Notes: generated by a model not told the origin, from the sequence alone. A stretch of 64,000 nt of DNA from Minisyncoccota bacterium (GCA_041658985.1 JBAZZC010000004.1:20221-84220); one strand, 5' to 3'; positions 1 to 9,290 are shown, numbered from the stretch's first letter. Translations and numbers: made by a program.

Positions 1-1260
1 ATAAAATTAATTAAGGGTTCAAAAGATACAACCGAGGCACACAAAAACTTAATGGCTAAATTCAAGTTCTCTAGTATTCAGGCTACGGCTATTTTGGAAA
101 TGAAACTGTCTCGTCTTGCTGGGCTTGAGAGGAAGAAGATTGAAGACGAGCTAAAAACGATTCAGGAATTTATAGAGAAATGTAAAATAATCCTAGCTAA
201 TCCAAAGAAAATTCTCGGAATAATAAAAGATGAATGTAAAGAAATTAAAGAAAAGTATGGTGATGAGCGAAGAACAAGAATAATAAAAGGTGGAGTTCAG
301 GTTTTGTCGGTAGAAGATTTAATTCCGGATGAAGAAAACGCTTTGGTTTTGACTGCTGGTGGATATATTAAGCGCACAAATCCAGACGAATTTAGAAAAC
401 AAAAAAGAGGAGGTGTTGGAGTGGTTGATATGGACACAAAGGAAGAGGATTTTGTGACAAATCTTTTAATTACTTCAACACACAGCGATTTGCTTTTCTT
501 TACTGATAAAGGCAAGGCTTATCAAACAAAAATGTATGATATTCCAGAGGGACGTAGGGCTACTCGAGGTAAGTCGGTTATGAATTTCTTGCCCCTTTCA
601 GAGGGAGAGAAAATTACATCTATTTTGCCAATGCCAAAAGAGGTTAAGAAATCAGAAAGTTCTCTCATGATGGTTACAAAGCACGGCATTGCTAAAAAAG
701 TAGCTACAGCTAGTTTTCACGACGTTCGTATTTCAGGAATTATTGCCATAAAACTTGATGACGGTGATGCTCTCATTTCTGCAGGATTTACACACAAAAA
801 AGATACAGTAATTGTTATTACAGCCAAGGGACAATCAATACATTTCAAGGAATCAGATATTCGTGAGATGGGCAGAACAGCCATGGGAGTAAGAGGAATA
901 AAGCTTGGTAAAGGGGATGAGGTTATCACTGCCGAAACTGTCTCCCATGAATTGGATAATGGGACACTTATGGTTATTTCGGAAAACGGATATGGTAAGA
1001 GAACAGATATAGATGAGTACAAAGTCCAAAATAGAGGAGGAAGTGGAATAAAAACAGCTAAGGTGACACCAAAGACAGGTAAACTTATTTCGGCCAAACT
1101 TTTTGCTGGTGAAGATGCCGAGGTTGTAGCAATTTCTAAAAAATCTCAAGTCATCCGAGTAGACGCAAAAGAAATTTCCGTACTTGGTCGCCAGACTCAG
1201 GGTGTCCGAGTGATGAAGCTCCGCGAAGGGGATAGTATCGCCTCTCTCATCTGTCTCTAA
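1..1260 (+). CDS. gyrA: DNA gyrase subunit A, C-terminal part (5' end lies upstream of the window)
   Basis: Frame is open from nt 1. Motif FSSIQATAILEMKLSRLAGLERKKIEDEL is the classic GyrA QAxAILdMrLxrLTgLE segment, followed by beta-pinwheel repeats. Confidence 0.9.
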   Translation: MKLIKGSKDTTEAHKNLMAKFKFSSIQATAILEMKLSRLAGLERKKIEDELKTIQEFIEKCKIILANPKKILGIIKDECKEIKEKYGDERRTRIIKGGVQVLSVEDLIPDEENALVLTAGGYIKRTNPDEFRKQKRGGVGVVDMDTKEEDFVTNLLITSTHSDLLFFTDKGKAYQTKMYDIPEGRRATRGKSVMNFLPLSEGEKITSILPMPKEVKKSESSLMMVTKHGIAKKVATASFHDVRISGIIAIKLDDGDALISAGFTHKKDTVIVITAKGQSIHFKESDIREMGRTAMGVRGIKLGKGDEVITAETVSHELDNGTLMVISENGYGKRTDIDEYKVQNRGGSGIKTAKVTPKTGKLISAKLFAGEDAEVVAISKKSQVIRVDAKEISVLGRQTQGVRVMKLREGDSIASLICL

Positions 1261-1272
1261 TCAAAAATTTAT

Positions 1273-2151
1273 ATGAGTCTATCCGAAAATGGTTTAGCTA
1301 AGATCTTTAAACCAGATGACGATAAGAATCTGGGAAAACAGCGTACAGTCTATAATGTGGAAGGTCGTGAGGGTGTAGATTTTATAGTGAAAGAAAAACA
1401 GTCAGACGAAGAACTGTTAATTTTAAGATTCTTATCAGAATCTGGAATAACAGAAAGACTTCTTGCTTATGATGATAAAACTTTAGTTATTGAAAAAATA
1501 AAGGGTGAATTAATCTCAGATTATCTAAGGGGATTAATACAGAACCATTCTAAAAAGATTACTATCACCGAAAATGGAGAACCTAGTGAAGCTCACTCTA
1601 GATTTAGGATCGATTCTGTTGAACACAACTATTTACCAGAGGAAATTCTAGTAGAAGATTCTAAGATTAGAGAATTTTATGTGGATTATGTCTCTAAACT
1701 TATTTCTATGGCTCTTTTAGGAATTCACCATAATGATATTAAGTCCGACCATATTTTTTGTGAAAACGAAACAGGCAAAACTCGATTTATAGATTTTGGC
1801 CAGAGTTACACTGTAGGAGATAATCAGTACCAACCACTAGATAATTATGTCGAGTGGGGAGTTTATAATATTGCTCAAGGATTTATGCTTTTACAGCACC
1901 TAAGCCCATCCTATAGACAAATTTCTGAAAATATTCGAAGTAATAAATCTATAGAAAAATTGATAAAAGATTTATACGAACAGTTTATTGTTTTAAATAT
2001 GGATCTAAAAAGTAGGCTTATTTTTATATCTACTTGGATTCAAGGGGGTAATCTCTCGAGATTACTTATGGAGTGTTCTGTCCCGCCAGTGTTAGTTCCA
2101 GAGATTAGTTCTAGTATAGATACACTAATCTCTAAGATTCAGGCATCATAA
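1273..2151 (+). CDS. protein-kinase-like fold protein (atypical Ser/Thr kinase / Kdo-APH-like)
   Basis: Catalytic-loop-like HHNDIKSDHIF (HxDxKxxN) and DFG-like IDFGQS motifs. Family assignment is inference. Confidence 0.45.
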   Translation: MSLSENGLAKIFKPDDDKNLGKQRTVYNVEGREGVDFIVKEKQSDEELLILRFLSESGITERLLAYDDKTLVIEKIKGELISDYLRGLIQNHSKKITITENGEPSEAHSRFRIDSVEHNYLPEEILVEDSKIREFYVDYVSKLISMALLGIHHNDIKSDHIFCENETGKTRFIDFGQSYTVGDNQYQPLDNYVEWGVYNIAQGFMLLQHLSPSYRQISENIRSNKSIEKLIKDLYEQFIVLNMDLKSRLIFISTWIQGGNLSRLLMECSVPPVLVPEISSSIDTLISKIQAS

Positions 2152-2813
2152 TCGATGTCAAAACCTACTCTTGACATAAAATCGGATTCTTCAAAATCAT
2201 CTTTTTTGTTGTAATTTAATGTTTCCTCTTTGAATACATTTTTGTCTCCGAATAAATCCAACAATAAATCCTTTGTAACGATTGGTAGATTTCTTTCCTC
2301 CACATAGTCATTGTAGCTACTCCATTTATACTTTTCTGGGGATTTTACGATCCCATCCTTAACTGGATTCATGTGTATATATGCTGATGTCCACATGAGC
2401 TGAGCATCGTCTTCAATTATATTTGATTTAAATCTGTCCTGAAATAAATGTCCAACACGTTTATATTTTTTATTTATATACATCGAATAACTTATACAAA
2501 TACTGGACATTAATTTTGATAATGATTTGTCTTTACATTGTTCCACTATTAGATGAAAATGATTTGGCATTAAACAGAAAGAATGAATTTTAAAAGTGTT
2601 TATTCTACTAGGCTCTACTCTGATCCTTGAGTATGGCATGGTCAACATTTCGTTTTTCAATTCTTCCTGATTATATCCCAAAACTAAGGCAATTCTAAAA
2701 AGAAAAGCTTTATAATCTTGTTCATCAAAAAATATCCTTTCTTTGTTGTTTCCTCTGTTGTAAATATGAACAAATGATCCCTCTGCAAATTCTTTATATT
2801 TTTTATTATCCAT
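2139..2813 (-). CDS. IS200/IS605-family Y1 (HuH) transposase, REP-associated tyrosine transposase (RAYT)-like
   Basis: HuH motif FCLMPNHFHLIV and catalytic-Tyr region YIHMNPVKDGIV (Y..NPVxAGLV signature of PF01797). A perfect hairpin lies immediately 5' of the start codon. Confidence 0.8.
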   Translation of the reverse strand: MDNKKYKEFAEGSFVHIYNRGNNKERIFFDEQDYKAFLFRIALVLGYNQEELKNEMLTMPYSRIRVEPSRINTFKIHSFCLMPNHFHLIVEQCKDKSLSKLMSSICISYSMYINKKYKRVGHLFQDRFKSNIIEDDAQLMWTSAYIHMNPVKDGIVKSPEKYKWSSYNDYVEERNLPIVTKDLLLDLFGDKNVFKEETLNYNKKDDFEESDFMSRVGFDIDYDA

Positions 2814-2836
2814 TTTTTGTAAATATATTGATTGTA

Positions 2837-2888
2837 GCTGTCAAGTCGCGTTCTTGACATGATTATGTCAAGAACGCGACTTGACAGC
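2837..2888. repeat. perfect 24-bp-stem palindrome (GCTGTCAAGTCGCGTTCTTGACAT / loop GATT / ATGTCAAGAACGCGACTTGACAGC), REP-like hairpin next to the RAYT gene
   Basis: Read directly: 2837-2860 is the exact reverse complement of 2865-2888. Confidence 0.9.
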
Positions 2889-2924
2889 AAGGGGAATTGT
2901 CCACAGGTTTAATAATAAAATGTT

Positions 2925-3470
2925 TTGTACTATAATATAGTTATGTTTTCTGACCCAGTAAAAAATGTGGAGCAGTGTGGAATACAAGCGGGTATGGAGA
3001 TTGCTGATTTTGGTAGTGGCTCTGGACATTACAGTTTAGCGGCTGGCAAGGCCCTTATATCTACAGGCAGAGTTTATGCTGTTGATATTCAAAAGGATTT
3101 ATTGACTAAACTAAAAAATACAGCAACCCACGAGGGGGTTTATAATATAGAAGTTATTTGGGGCGATATAGAAAAGGTTGGTGGAACCAAACTTCGAGAC
3201 AATAGCATTGATTTAATATTTCTTTCTAACATTCTTTTTCAGGTTGACAGCAAGGAAAATGTAATTAAAGAAGTAAAACGGGTACTTAGGCAGAGTGGTC
3301 GGGTTTTAGTTATTGACTGGACTGACTCGTTTGGTGGTCTTGGCCCTAAATCAGAGGCAGTTTTTAAAAAGGAAATGGCCATAGATTTATTTGAAAAAAA
3401 TGGTTTTCATCTTGATAGGGAGATTTTAGCGGGAGCACACCACTATGGCTTAATATATAAAAAACTATGA
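2925..3470 (+). CDS. class I SAM-dependent methyltransferase
   Basis: Motif I EIADFGSGSGHYSL and acidic motif II YAVDIQ. Confidence 0.7.
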   Translation: MYYNIVMFSDPVKNVEQCGIQAGMEIADFGSGSGHYSLAAGKALISTGRVYAVDIQKDLLTKLKNTATHEGVYNIEVIWGDIEKVGGTKLRDNSIDLIFLSNILFQVDSKENVIKEVKRVLRQSGRVLVIDWTDSFGGLGPKSEAVFKKEMAIDLFEKNGFHLDREILAGAHHYGLIYKKL

Positions 3471-3605
3471 AAAAAATTCCATATTTGGCGCATTTTTTCG
3501 TTAAAACACAAAAAATAATTTTCAATGTACCACCAAGTACACCTCAAATTCTTTTTTGTGTTTTGCCTCAAACTGCATCCAAATCTGAAATTTTAAACAA
3601 TTTAT

Positions 3606-4889
3606 ATGAGTACTTTTAAAATCGCAGTTACAACTATTTTTGCTATATCTTTTGTCGTTGGAATTATTCTTTTTGCTCTTTCCAAGGGTGGGTCATCTGG
3701 ACAAACAGCAAATCTTGTCATTTGGGGGACTATTCCAAGTGAAACTTTCGATGTGGCCTATCAGGGCTCATCTCTAAAGACAAATAAACTTATAAAAATA
3801 ACCTACATAAAGAAAGATAGTTCTACTTTTAACAATGATTTTATTGAGGCCCTAGCTGAAGGTGTCGGTCCAGACATTGTTTTATTGCGTGATGATTATA
3901 TATATAAAAATCGCAATAAATTATTTACTATACCCTATAAAAATTATACAGAGAGAAATTTTAGAGACACTTTCATTGAGGGCGGGGAAGTATTTTTAAA
4001 TGTTGATGGGGTGATTGCCTTGCCTTTTATGGTGGACCCCATGGTTATGTATTGGAACAGAGACTTGTTTTCAAATAATGCCGTTTCGAGTCCACCACAA
4101 TATTGGGACCAAATATATAGTCTGATAGAAAAAACCACTCGTCGTGATACGGACGCCAACATCCTTAAAAGTACTATAGCTTTAGGTGAATGGAGTAATA
4201 TAACAAATGCAAAGGAGATTATCACAATGCTTCTTCTTCAAGCCGGAACTCCCATAACCAGTCGCAACGGTCAAGAAGTTATTTCAGTTTTAAACTCAAA
4301 ATTTGATTACCCAGTTATTCCTAGTCAAAGTGCTATAAATTTTTATACTCAATTTTCCAATCCAACATCTCCATCTTATACGTGGAATCGCTCACTACCA
4401 TCATCATTTAATCTATTTCTTTCTGGTAATTTAGCAACTTATATTGGTTTTGCCAGTGAAATCTTTTCTATTCAACAAAAAAATTCAAACCTGAATTTTG
4501 ACGTAACATATGTTCCACAGATTCGTGATGCAACAAGGAAAACGGTTTTTGGACGAATGCATGCCCTAGCTATTGTCAAACAATCCAAACAAATTGCCGG
4601 TGCCTATCTAGCTGTGAATGGTTTGACAGAAGCGGTGGCCATAAAGGAGTTAGAGACTTTGACGAATTTACCTCCAGTTCGGAGAGATTTGTTGGCTGAT
4701 AAACCAACAGATACTTTTCGTACAGTCTTTTATAACTCTGCACTCATCTCTCGTCTATGGATTGACCCTGACTCTGTGGGTAGTGAAAAGGTTTTTCGTG
4801 ATATGATAGAATTAATAACAAGTGGACAAGGAAGAGTAAGTGATGCTTTGGACCAGGCAGATATTGGACTTGGGGAGCTACTCAAGTAA
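3606..4889 (+). CDS. extracellular solute-binding protein (ABC SBP family 1-like), N-terminal membrane anchor
   Basis: N-terminal TM helix. NLVIWGT and ALPFMVDPMVMYWNRDLF resemble the MalE-type SBP_bac_1 core. Confidence 0.55.
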   Translation: MSTFKIAVTTIFAISFVVGIILFALSKGGSSGQTANLVIWGTIPSETFDVAYQGSSLKTNKLIKITYIKKDSSTFNNDFIEALAEGVGPDIVLLRDDYIYKNRNKLFTIPYKNYTERNFRDTFIEGGEVFLNVDGVIALPFMVDPMVMYWNRDLFSNNAVSSPPQYWDQIYSLIEKTTRRDTDANILKSTIALGEWSNITNAKEIITMLLLQAGTPITSRNGQEVISVLNSKFDYPVIPSQSAINFYTQFSNPTSPSYTWNRSLPSSFNLFLSGNLATYIGFASEIFSIQQKNSNLNFDVTYVPQIRDATRKTVFGRMHALAIVKQSKQIAGAYLAVNGLTEAVAIKELETLTNLPPVRRDLLADKPTDTFRTVFYNSALISRLWIDPDSVGSEKVFRDMIELITSGQGRVSDALDQADIGLGELLK

Positions 4890-4943
4890 TAAATAGTCAA
4901 TAAAGTTTATAAAGTCTATAAAGTCCATAAAGTCGTAAAGTAG

Positions 4944-5363
4944 ATGCCAATACAAAATATTAAAAAAATAAGTGCGTTTGTTTGGGTGATATTTTTATTT
5001 ACTCTGATTGTTTTACCTGTTTTTACATATTCGGCACCAAGTGAATCAACCGCTGGTAATACTGGTCTCACATACGATTGTGGGGATGGTCCGACTGCTG
5101 GTAATTGTGATTTTAATGACCTAATGGCAGCGGTTAAGAATGTTGTTAATAAAGGTACAATAATTACTCTTTCTCTTTCGGTTATTGTAATAGCTTGGGC
5201 TGGCTTTAAATATATGACTTCTGGTGATAATCCTGGAGAAAGAAAGAAAGCAAATGAGATGCTTTTGAAAGTTGTATATGGTATAGCTTTTATTATCGCT
5301 GCCTGGCTTATTGTTTCTTTGATATTACGAGGTCTTAAAGTAACAACCCCAATAGCTTTTTAA
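4944..5363 (+). CDS. small secreted two-TM protein, VirB2/TrbC-like pilin candidate (paralog 1 of 6)
   Basis: Signal peptide, then helix-(short charged loop GDNPGERKKANE)-helix. Topology and W/F-G motif are shared with the five downstream paralogs. Confidence 0.5.
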   Translation: MPIQNIKKISAFVWVIFLFTLIVLPVFTYSAPSESTAGNTGLTYDCGDGPTAGNCDFNDLMAAVKNVVNKGTIITLSLSVIVIAWAGFKYMTSGDNPGERKKANEMLLKVVYGIAFIIAAWLIVSLILRGLKVTTPIAF

Positions 5364-5374
5364 ATAATAAATAT

Positions 5375-5761
5375 ATGAATATGAACATGAATATAAATAT
5401 GTTAAAAAAAATATCAATACATGTGTTGCTTATAAGTCTGTTTATTCTTCCAGTGTTTGTCTTTGCAGACAATACCTCAATCCCAATTCGTATTACTAAT
5501 CCTTTTAAAGGAGGTGACAGTCTTTCTGAACTTATTACGACAGTGTTGAATAATGTGGTTATGCCAATAGCTGCTGTGGTTGTGGTTATTTGGATTGTTT
5601 GGGCTGGTTTTACATTTGTTATGGCCCAAGGTAATCCTAAAAAAATAGAAGAAGCCCAGCAGAGACTTTTATGGTCTCTTATTGGGGCTGGAATACTACT
5701 TGGAGCAGCTGGTATATCAGCCGTGGTACAAAACACAGTAGGAGCACTTATAGCCCCATAA
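5375..5761 (+). CDS. VirB2/TrbC-like pilin candidate (paralog 2)
   Basis: Signal peptide; VIWIVWAGFTFVMAQGNPKKIEEAQQRLLWSLIGAGILL (helix-loop-helix). Confidence 0.5.
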   Translation: MNMNMNINMLKKISIHVLLISLFILPVFVFADNTSIPIRITNPFKGGDSLSELITTVLNNVVMPIAAVVVVIWIVWAGFTFVMAQGNPKKIEEAQQRLLWSLIGAGILLGAAGISAVVQNTVGALIAP

Positions 5762-5763
5762 AC

Positions 5764-6144
5764 ATGAGAAAATCATACAAAATTCAATATTTAACCTTAC
5801 CTATATTTTTATTTCCCACCTTTGCTTTTGCTGATTTTTCTCTTGGTGTTAATACTCCTAGTAAATTTGGAGATTTTATCATATATCTCAAAAGCATAAC
5901 CGACCTGCTTATTCCTATACTTTCTGCACTTGCTTTTATTGTTTTTTTCTGGGGAGTATCAAAATTTATTCTTAATTCCAACAAACCAGAGGAGATAAAA
6001 AACGGCAGAAATTACATGATGTGGGGGATTTTGGTTTTATTTATCTTACTCACCTTTAAAACCATTATTGGTTTAGTTTCAAATGATTTAGGAATTGGAA
6101 GTAAAACCCCGAATCCAAACAATATATTATTACCAACACCATAA
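5764..6144 (+). CDS. VirB2/TrbC-like pilin candidate (paralog 3). The ORF-track entry 5671..6144 is an upstream over-extension.
   Basis: ATG at 5764 directly follows the stop of the previous gene. N-terminus MRKSYKIQYLTLPIFLFPTFAFA is a signal peptide; FFWGVSKFILNSNKPEE is the loop motif. Confidence 0.5.
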   Translation: MRKSYKIQYLTLPIFLFPTFAFADFSLGVNTPSKFGDFIIYLKSITDLLIPILSALAFIVFFWGVSKFILNSNKPEEIKNGRNYMMWGILVLFILLTFKTIIGLVSNDLGIGSKTPNPNNILLPTP

Positions 6145-6170
6145 TTTATTAATAAAAATATAAAAAATAT

Positions 6171-6509
6171 ATGAAAAAAATAAAAAACAATTTAATATAT
6201 ACTTCTCTTGGGCTTCTTCTTGTCCCAAATGTTTCTTTTGCTGCGTTATCAGGAATAAAAAGCCTACTTGGTGAAATTAAAAACCTTTTGACGAACGATA
6301 TTAGAATAATAGTGGTATCGCTTGCTTTTATTTATTTCTTCTGGGGGGTTGGACAGTTCATATTACATTCAGATGACCAGAAAGCTCGTGAAGAAGGAAA
6401 ACAAAAAATGATATGGGGGGTTGTTGCTTTGTTTGTAATTACGGCTATTGGTGGTATTTTGATTGCAATAGGCCAAGGTTTTGATATTCCTGTTAACACC
6501 AACTATTAG
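6171..6509 (+). CDS. VirB2/TrbC-like pilin candidate (paralog 4)
   Basis: FIYFFWGVGQFILHSDDQKAREEGKQKMIWGVVALFVI. Confidence 0.5.
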   Translation: MKKIKNNLIYTSLGLLLVPNVSFAALSGIKSLLGEIKNLLTNDIRIIVVSLAFIYFFWGVGQFILHSDDQKAREEGKQKMIWGVVALFVITAIGGILIAIGQGFDIPVNTNY

Positions 6510-6613
6510 CAAAATCATTTAACCCCTTGATTTATCCACAGTTCTTTGTTTATTTTTGCTTTTTGTATTATAATTCGGTTATTATACGTAATTTAATAGT
6601 AATTTAACAAAAT

Positions 6614-6955
6614 ATGAAAAAAGTTATTTATGGGTTAATGTCTTTCACTCCAGTATTAGCACTGGCTGCGGGCTTTACTGGTATAGGTGATTTGGTTACA
6701 CAATTACAAGCAGTTTTGGCTAAGGTTGTGCCATTACTCTTTGCTCTAGCCATTGTTTATTTCTTCTGGGGAGTCATCAAGTTTATTCGTTCAGCTGGTG
6801 ACCCAAAAGCAGCCGCAGAGGGAAAAAGCATTATGATATACGGTATTATTGCTATTGCTGTTATGGCTTCTATTTATGGACTTATTGGTTGGTTACAGAC
6901 AACATTTAATGTTTCTGGTGGTGGTACAATTTCTCTTCCAATTCTTCCACAATAA
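6614..6955 (+). CDS. VirB2/TrbC-like pilin candidate (paralog 5)
   Basis: VYFFWGVIKFIRSAGDPKAAAEGKSIMIYGIIAIAVM. Confidence 0.5.
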   Translation: MKKVIYGLMSFTPVLALAAGFTGIGDLVTQLQAVLAKVVPLLFALAIVYFFWGVIKFIRSAGDPKAAAEGKSIMIYGIIAIAVMASIYGLIGWLQTTFNVSGGGTISLPILPQ

Positions 6956-6991
6956 GCTTGTTTGTGGTTTTGATTATAACTATCACGTAGT

Positions 6992-7267
6992 ATGACCATT
7001 ATCCCTTTTCTTAATAAGGTTAGTGATTTAATTCTGAATCCTCTTATCCTACTTGCTTTTGGTTTGGCCTTTGTTTATTTCACCTATGGTGTAGTTAAAT
7101 TTCTAAGTCTTGATGCTGGGGATAAAAGCAGAAAAGAAGCTCAAGATGCAATACTGTGGGGGTTGGTTGGAATGGTAATTATGTTTTCTGTTTATGGAAT
7201 AATAAAATTTGTTTTGGCCAGTTTTGGCATAACAGCTCCTGACAATGCTATTATATTTCTGAGATAG
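6992..7267 (+). CDS. VirB2/TrbC-like pilin candidate (paralog 6)
   Basis: FVYFTYGVVKFLSLDAGDKSRKEAQDAILWGLVGMVIM. Confidence 0.5.
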   Translation: MTIIPFLNKVSDLILNPLILLAFGLAFVYFTYGVVKFLSLDAGDKSRKEAQDAILWGLVGMVIMFSVYGIIKFVLASFGITAPDNAIIFLR

Positions 7268-7281
7268 TCCTAAGAAAAGTT

Positions 7282-7317
7282 AAACCGCGTGCCCTCCTCC
7301 AGGGGGCGCGCGGTTTT
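7282..7317. terminator. bidirectional rho-independent terminator between the pilin array (+) and the GC-rich island genes (-)
   Basis: AAACCGCGTGCCCTCCTCCAGGGGGCGCGCGGTTTTG: GC-rich imperfect hairpin with flanking A/T runs on both sides. Confidence 0.7.
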
Positions 7318-7334
7318 GCGTACAATGTACAGTC

Positions 7335-7823
7335 TTACCTCGAGAAGGTCACGATGACCGGTCTCGATGTTCCAGATTGGATTTCTATCCACGGTTGTTC
7401 GGGGATTTCAACCGTCATTCCTGGGCCGTCAACGTATGGTCGGCCGACTGGGTCCCAGATGAGAATGGGTCCTTGTGGCTTCCCCTTCATTCCGGCCAGG
7501 TAGGGGACTCGGCAACTCCGGCCCACAATGGGGGCTGTGACGACGTAGGTCCCATCTATCTCTGGAGTACAGAGGTTTACGATTGTAGCCGGTCCGGTCG
7601 ACCAGCTCCAGCACCCCCTAACCAGGAACACCGTCGTCAGGATGCCAACGCCGACGAGTACCCAATTGAGCCATCCACTTCTTCTGGTTGTCGTCGTGGC
7701 CGTGGTACTGGGTGGTAGTGGTCCAAACGGCCTTGGGCTATGGTGTTGTCGTGACTTGAAGACCTTGACAACAACCACGAGAACCAGAAGGACCGCCAGA
7801 ATCACAACAAGGGTGATAAGCAC
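7335..7823 (-). CDS. membrane protein downstream of the SPFH gene, NfeD-like partner candidate
   Basis: Two TM helices plus a C-terminal beta-rich domain. The operon position after an SPFH gene suggests NfeD-like (inference). GC-rich. Confidence 0.35.
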   Translation of the reverse strand: MLITLVVILAVLLVLVVVVKVFKSRQHHSPRPFGPLPPSTTATTTTRRSGWLNWVLVGVGILTTVFLVRGCWSWSTGPATIVNLCTPEIDGTYVVTAPIVGRSCRVPYLAGMKGKPQGPILIWDPVGRPYVDGPGMTVEIPEQPWIEIQSGTSRPVIVTFSR

Positions 7824-7825
7824 GT

Positions 7826-8893
7826 TTACCCACCCTTCTTCCCGTCAGTGGGCAGAGGGAGCGTGACTGGCACCTGCCCACCACCCGTGACGTCTACTCG
7901 TGTAGTCAGTCCGGGCTGTGCTCGTGCCGCCAGGATGCGCGAGACTTGCTCTGCGGCGATGTTCGGGTTGACCCCCTGCTGCACCAACTCCGCAACCATT
8001 CGTGAGAACTGGGCGGCGTCTGCTTCCGCAAGTCGTATCCCAGCCTCTTGTCTGGCTGTGCTTGAGATGGTTAGGGCAGTGGCTTCGGCCGTTGCTTGAG
8101 CGATCTGTCCAGCACCCTCTAGCTGAGCCATCTTCTTGGCCTCGATGGCTTGACGGGTCTTCTCGTCAGCCGGGTCCCACCGTGAGATGGAGATTCCAGT
8201 GATTCTGGTTCCGACCTGCCTGACGAGTTCCTTGTTGAGTGGGCTGTCGGGGTCTTTCAACCCGTCCAGAATCCCTTGGACTTCTCCCTTGTCGATGTTG
8301 ATGAAGTCGTCGATGGTCAAGTCGTTAATGATGTCACCAACTGCTCCCTGAACGATTCCTCCTGCGTTTCCAAAGAAGTCTCCCTTCAGGCGAATAATCG
8401 GTGTTCCCGGCGTTACGACCACAGACTTGGTTCTGACTAGGACGTTGACCGACATGCCGTCCTTGAGCTCCACCTTCCACATGAGGTACGAACGGGGGAA
8501 GGTCTTTCGAAGGGTGTCCGTCCACTCCACGCCGAGATCGATGATCCACTTTTCGGCGGGAGCTTGATCATCCGGGTTTTCTTTTTCCCTGTGAATCGGA
8601 AACTTCAAGACAGACGAGATGCCAGGGATTCCTACCCACCACAAGCCGAGATGCTTGTTGAGGAAGGATTTCTCTTGGTTTCCGTCGACGAACAACCCAG
8701 AGTCGGTTTCTCCGTTGTCGTCGAGGTGTTCTCCACGCGCGTCGTGGATGATTTGTGCGAGGGACTCTCCCACCATCCTGAACTTAATGTTGTCCGTCTG
8801 GATACGGGTTAGCATACCCAGTTGGACGAGGAGAATGATCCCGACCACGGCAATTGCTAGGGTCAGGATCACAGACAGCAAAAAAGTAACCAC
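7826..8893 (-). CDS. SPFH/band-7 (stomatin/prohibitin/flotillin-like) domain membrane protein
   Basis: N-terminal TM, then an SPFH-like core (IINDLTIDDFINIDKGEVQG...) and an Ala/Gln-rich coiled-coil tail. Markedly GC-rich relative to its surroundings. Confidence 0.7.
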   Translation of the reverse strand: MVTFLLSVILTLAIAVVGIILLVQLGMLTRIQTDNIKFRMVGESLAQIIHDARGEHLDDNGETDSGLFVDGNQEKSFLNKHLGLWWVGIPGISSVLKFPIHREKENPDDQAPAEKWIIDLGVEWTDTLRKTFPRSYLMWKVELKDGMSVNVLVRTKSVVVTPGTPIIRLKGDFFGNAGGIVQGAVGDIINDLTIDDFINIDKGEVQGILDGLKDPDSPLNKELVRQVGTRITGISISRWDPADEKTRQAIEAKKMAQLEGAGQIAQATAEATALTISSTARQEAGIRLAEADAAQFSRMVAELVQQGVNPNIAAEQVSRILAARAQPGLTTRVDVTGGGQVPVTLPLPTDGKKGG

Positions 8894-9051
8894 TGTTCAC
8901 GCTCCTTATCGTCTTGTCTTCCAATCTAGAATTTCAAAGAACTCCCTCGGAACACCCGAAAGTAGTCCTTTTGGTCCTGAACGGATTTTATCATATAAAT
9001 ATGTAAAAGTCAATATAAAAACGGCCCAGTATGGAGTTGTTTTTGATGTTG

Positions 9052-9133
9052 TGAGTGCGAGAGGATTTGAACCTCCAAGAGTTACCTCATACGCTCCTGA
9101 AGCGTACGCGTATACCAATTCCGCCACGCACTC
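9052..9133 (-). tRNA. tRNA-Leu(CAG), type II with long variable arm
   Basis: Cloverleaf traced by hand. Acceptor GAGTGCG/CGCACTC, anticodon loop TTCAGGA, T-loop GGTTCAAATCC. Confidence 0.8.
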
Positions 9134-9290
9134 GATTTGTTGTTGTGGGTGAGGGGAGACTCGGTCACAACTCTCGTCTTTCATGAACTCAAGACGAGGT
9201 CGCGACCCCGACTCAGCTTCACTTCTGTCTTTCTCGTCTCCTACCAATTATTAATAAATCACCCCAGAAAGAAGTGATTTATTAATAATG

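Noticed and set aside
297-1149. Minus-strand ORFs 297..515, 717..1097 and 853..1149 inside gyrA
   Set aside because: They are antisense to a strongly supported gyrA frame, low-complexity, with no SD. They are spurious antisense ORFs.
5671-5763. N-terminal extension of the third pilin-like gene (ORF-track start 5671)
   Set aside because: The extension overlaps the end of the previous gene in another frame. The ATG at 5764 directly after the upstream stop gives a canonical signal peptide.
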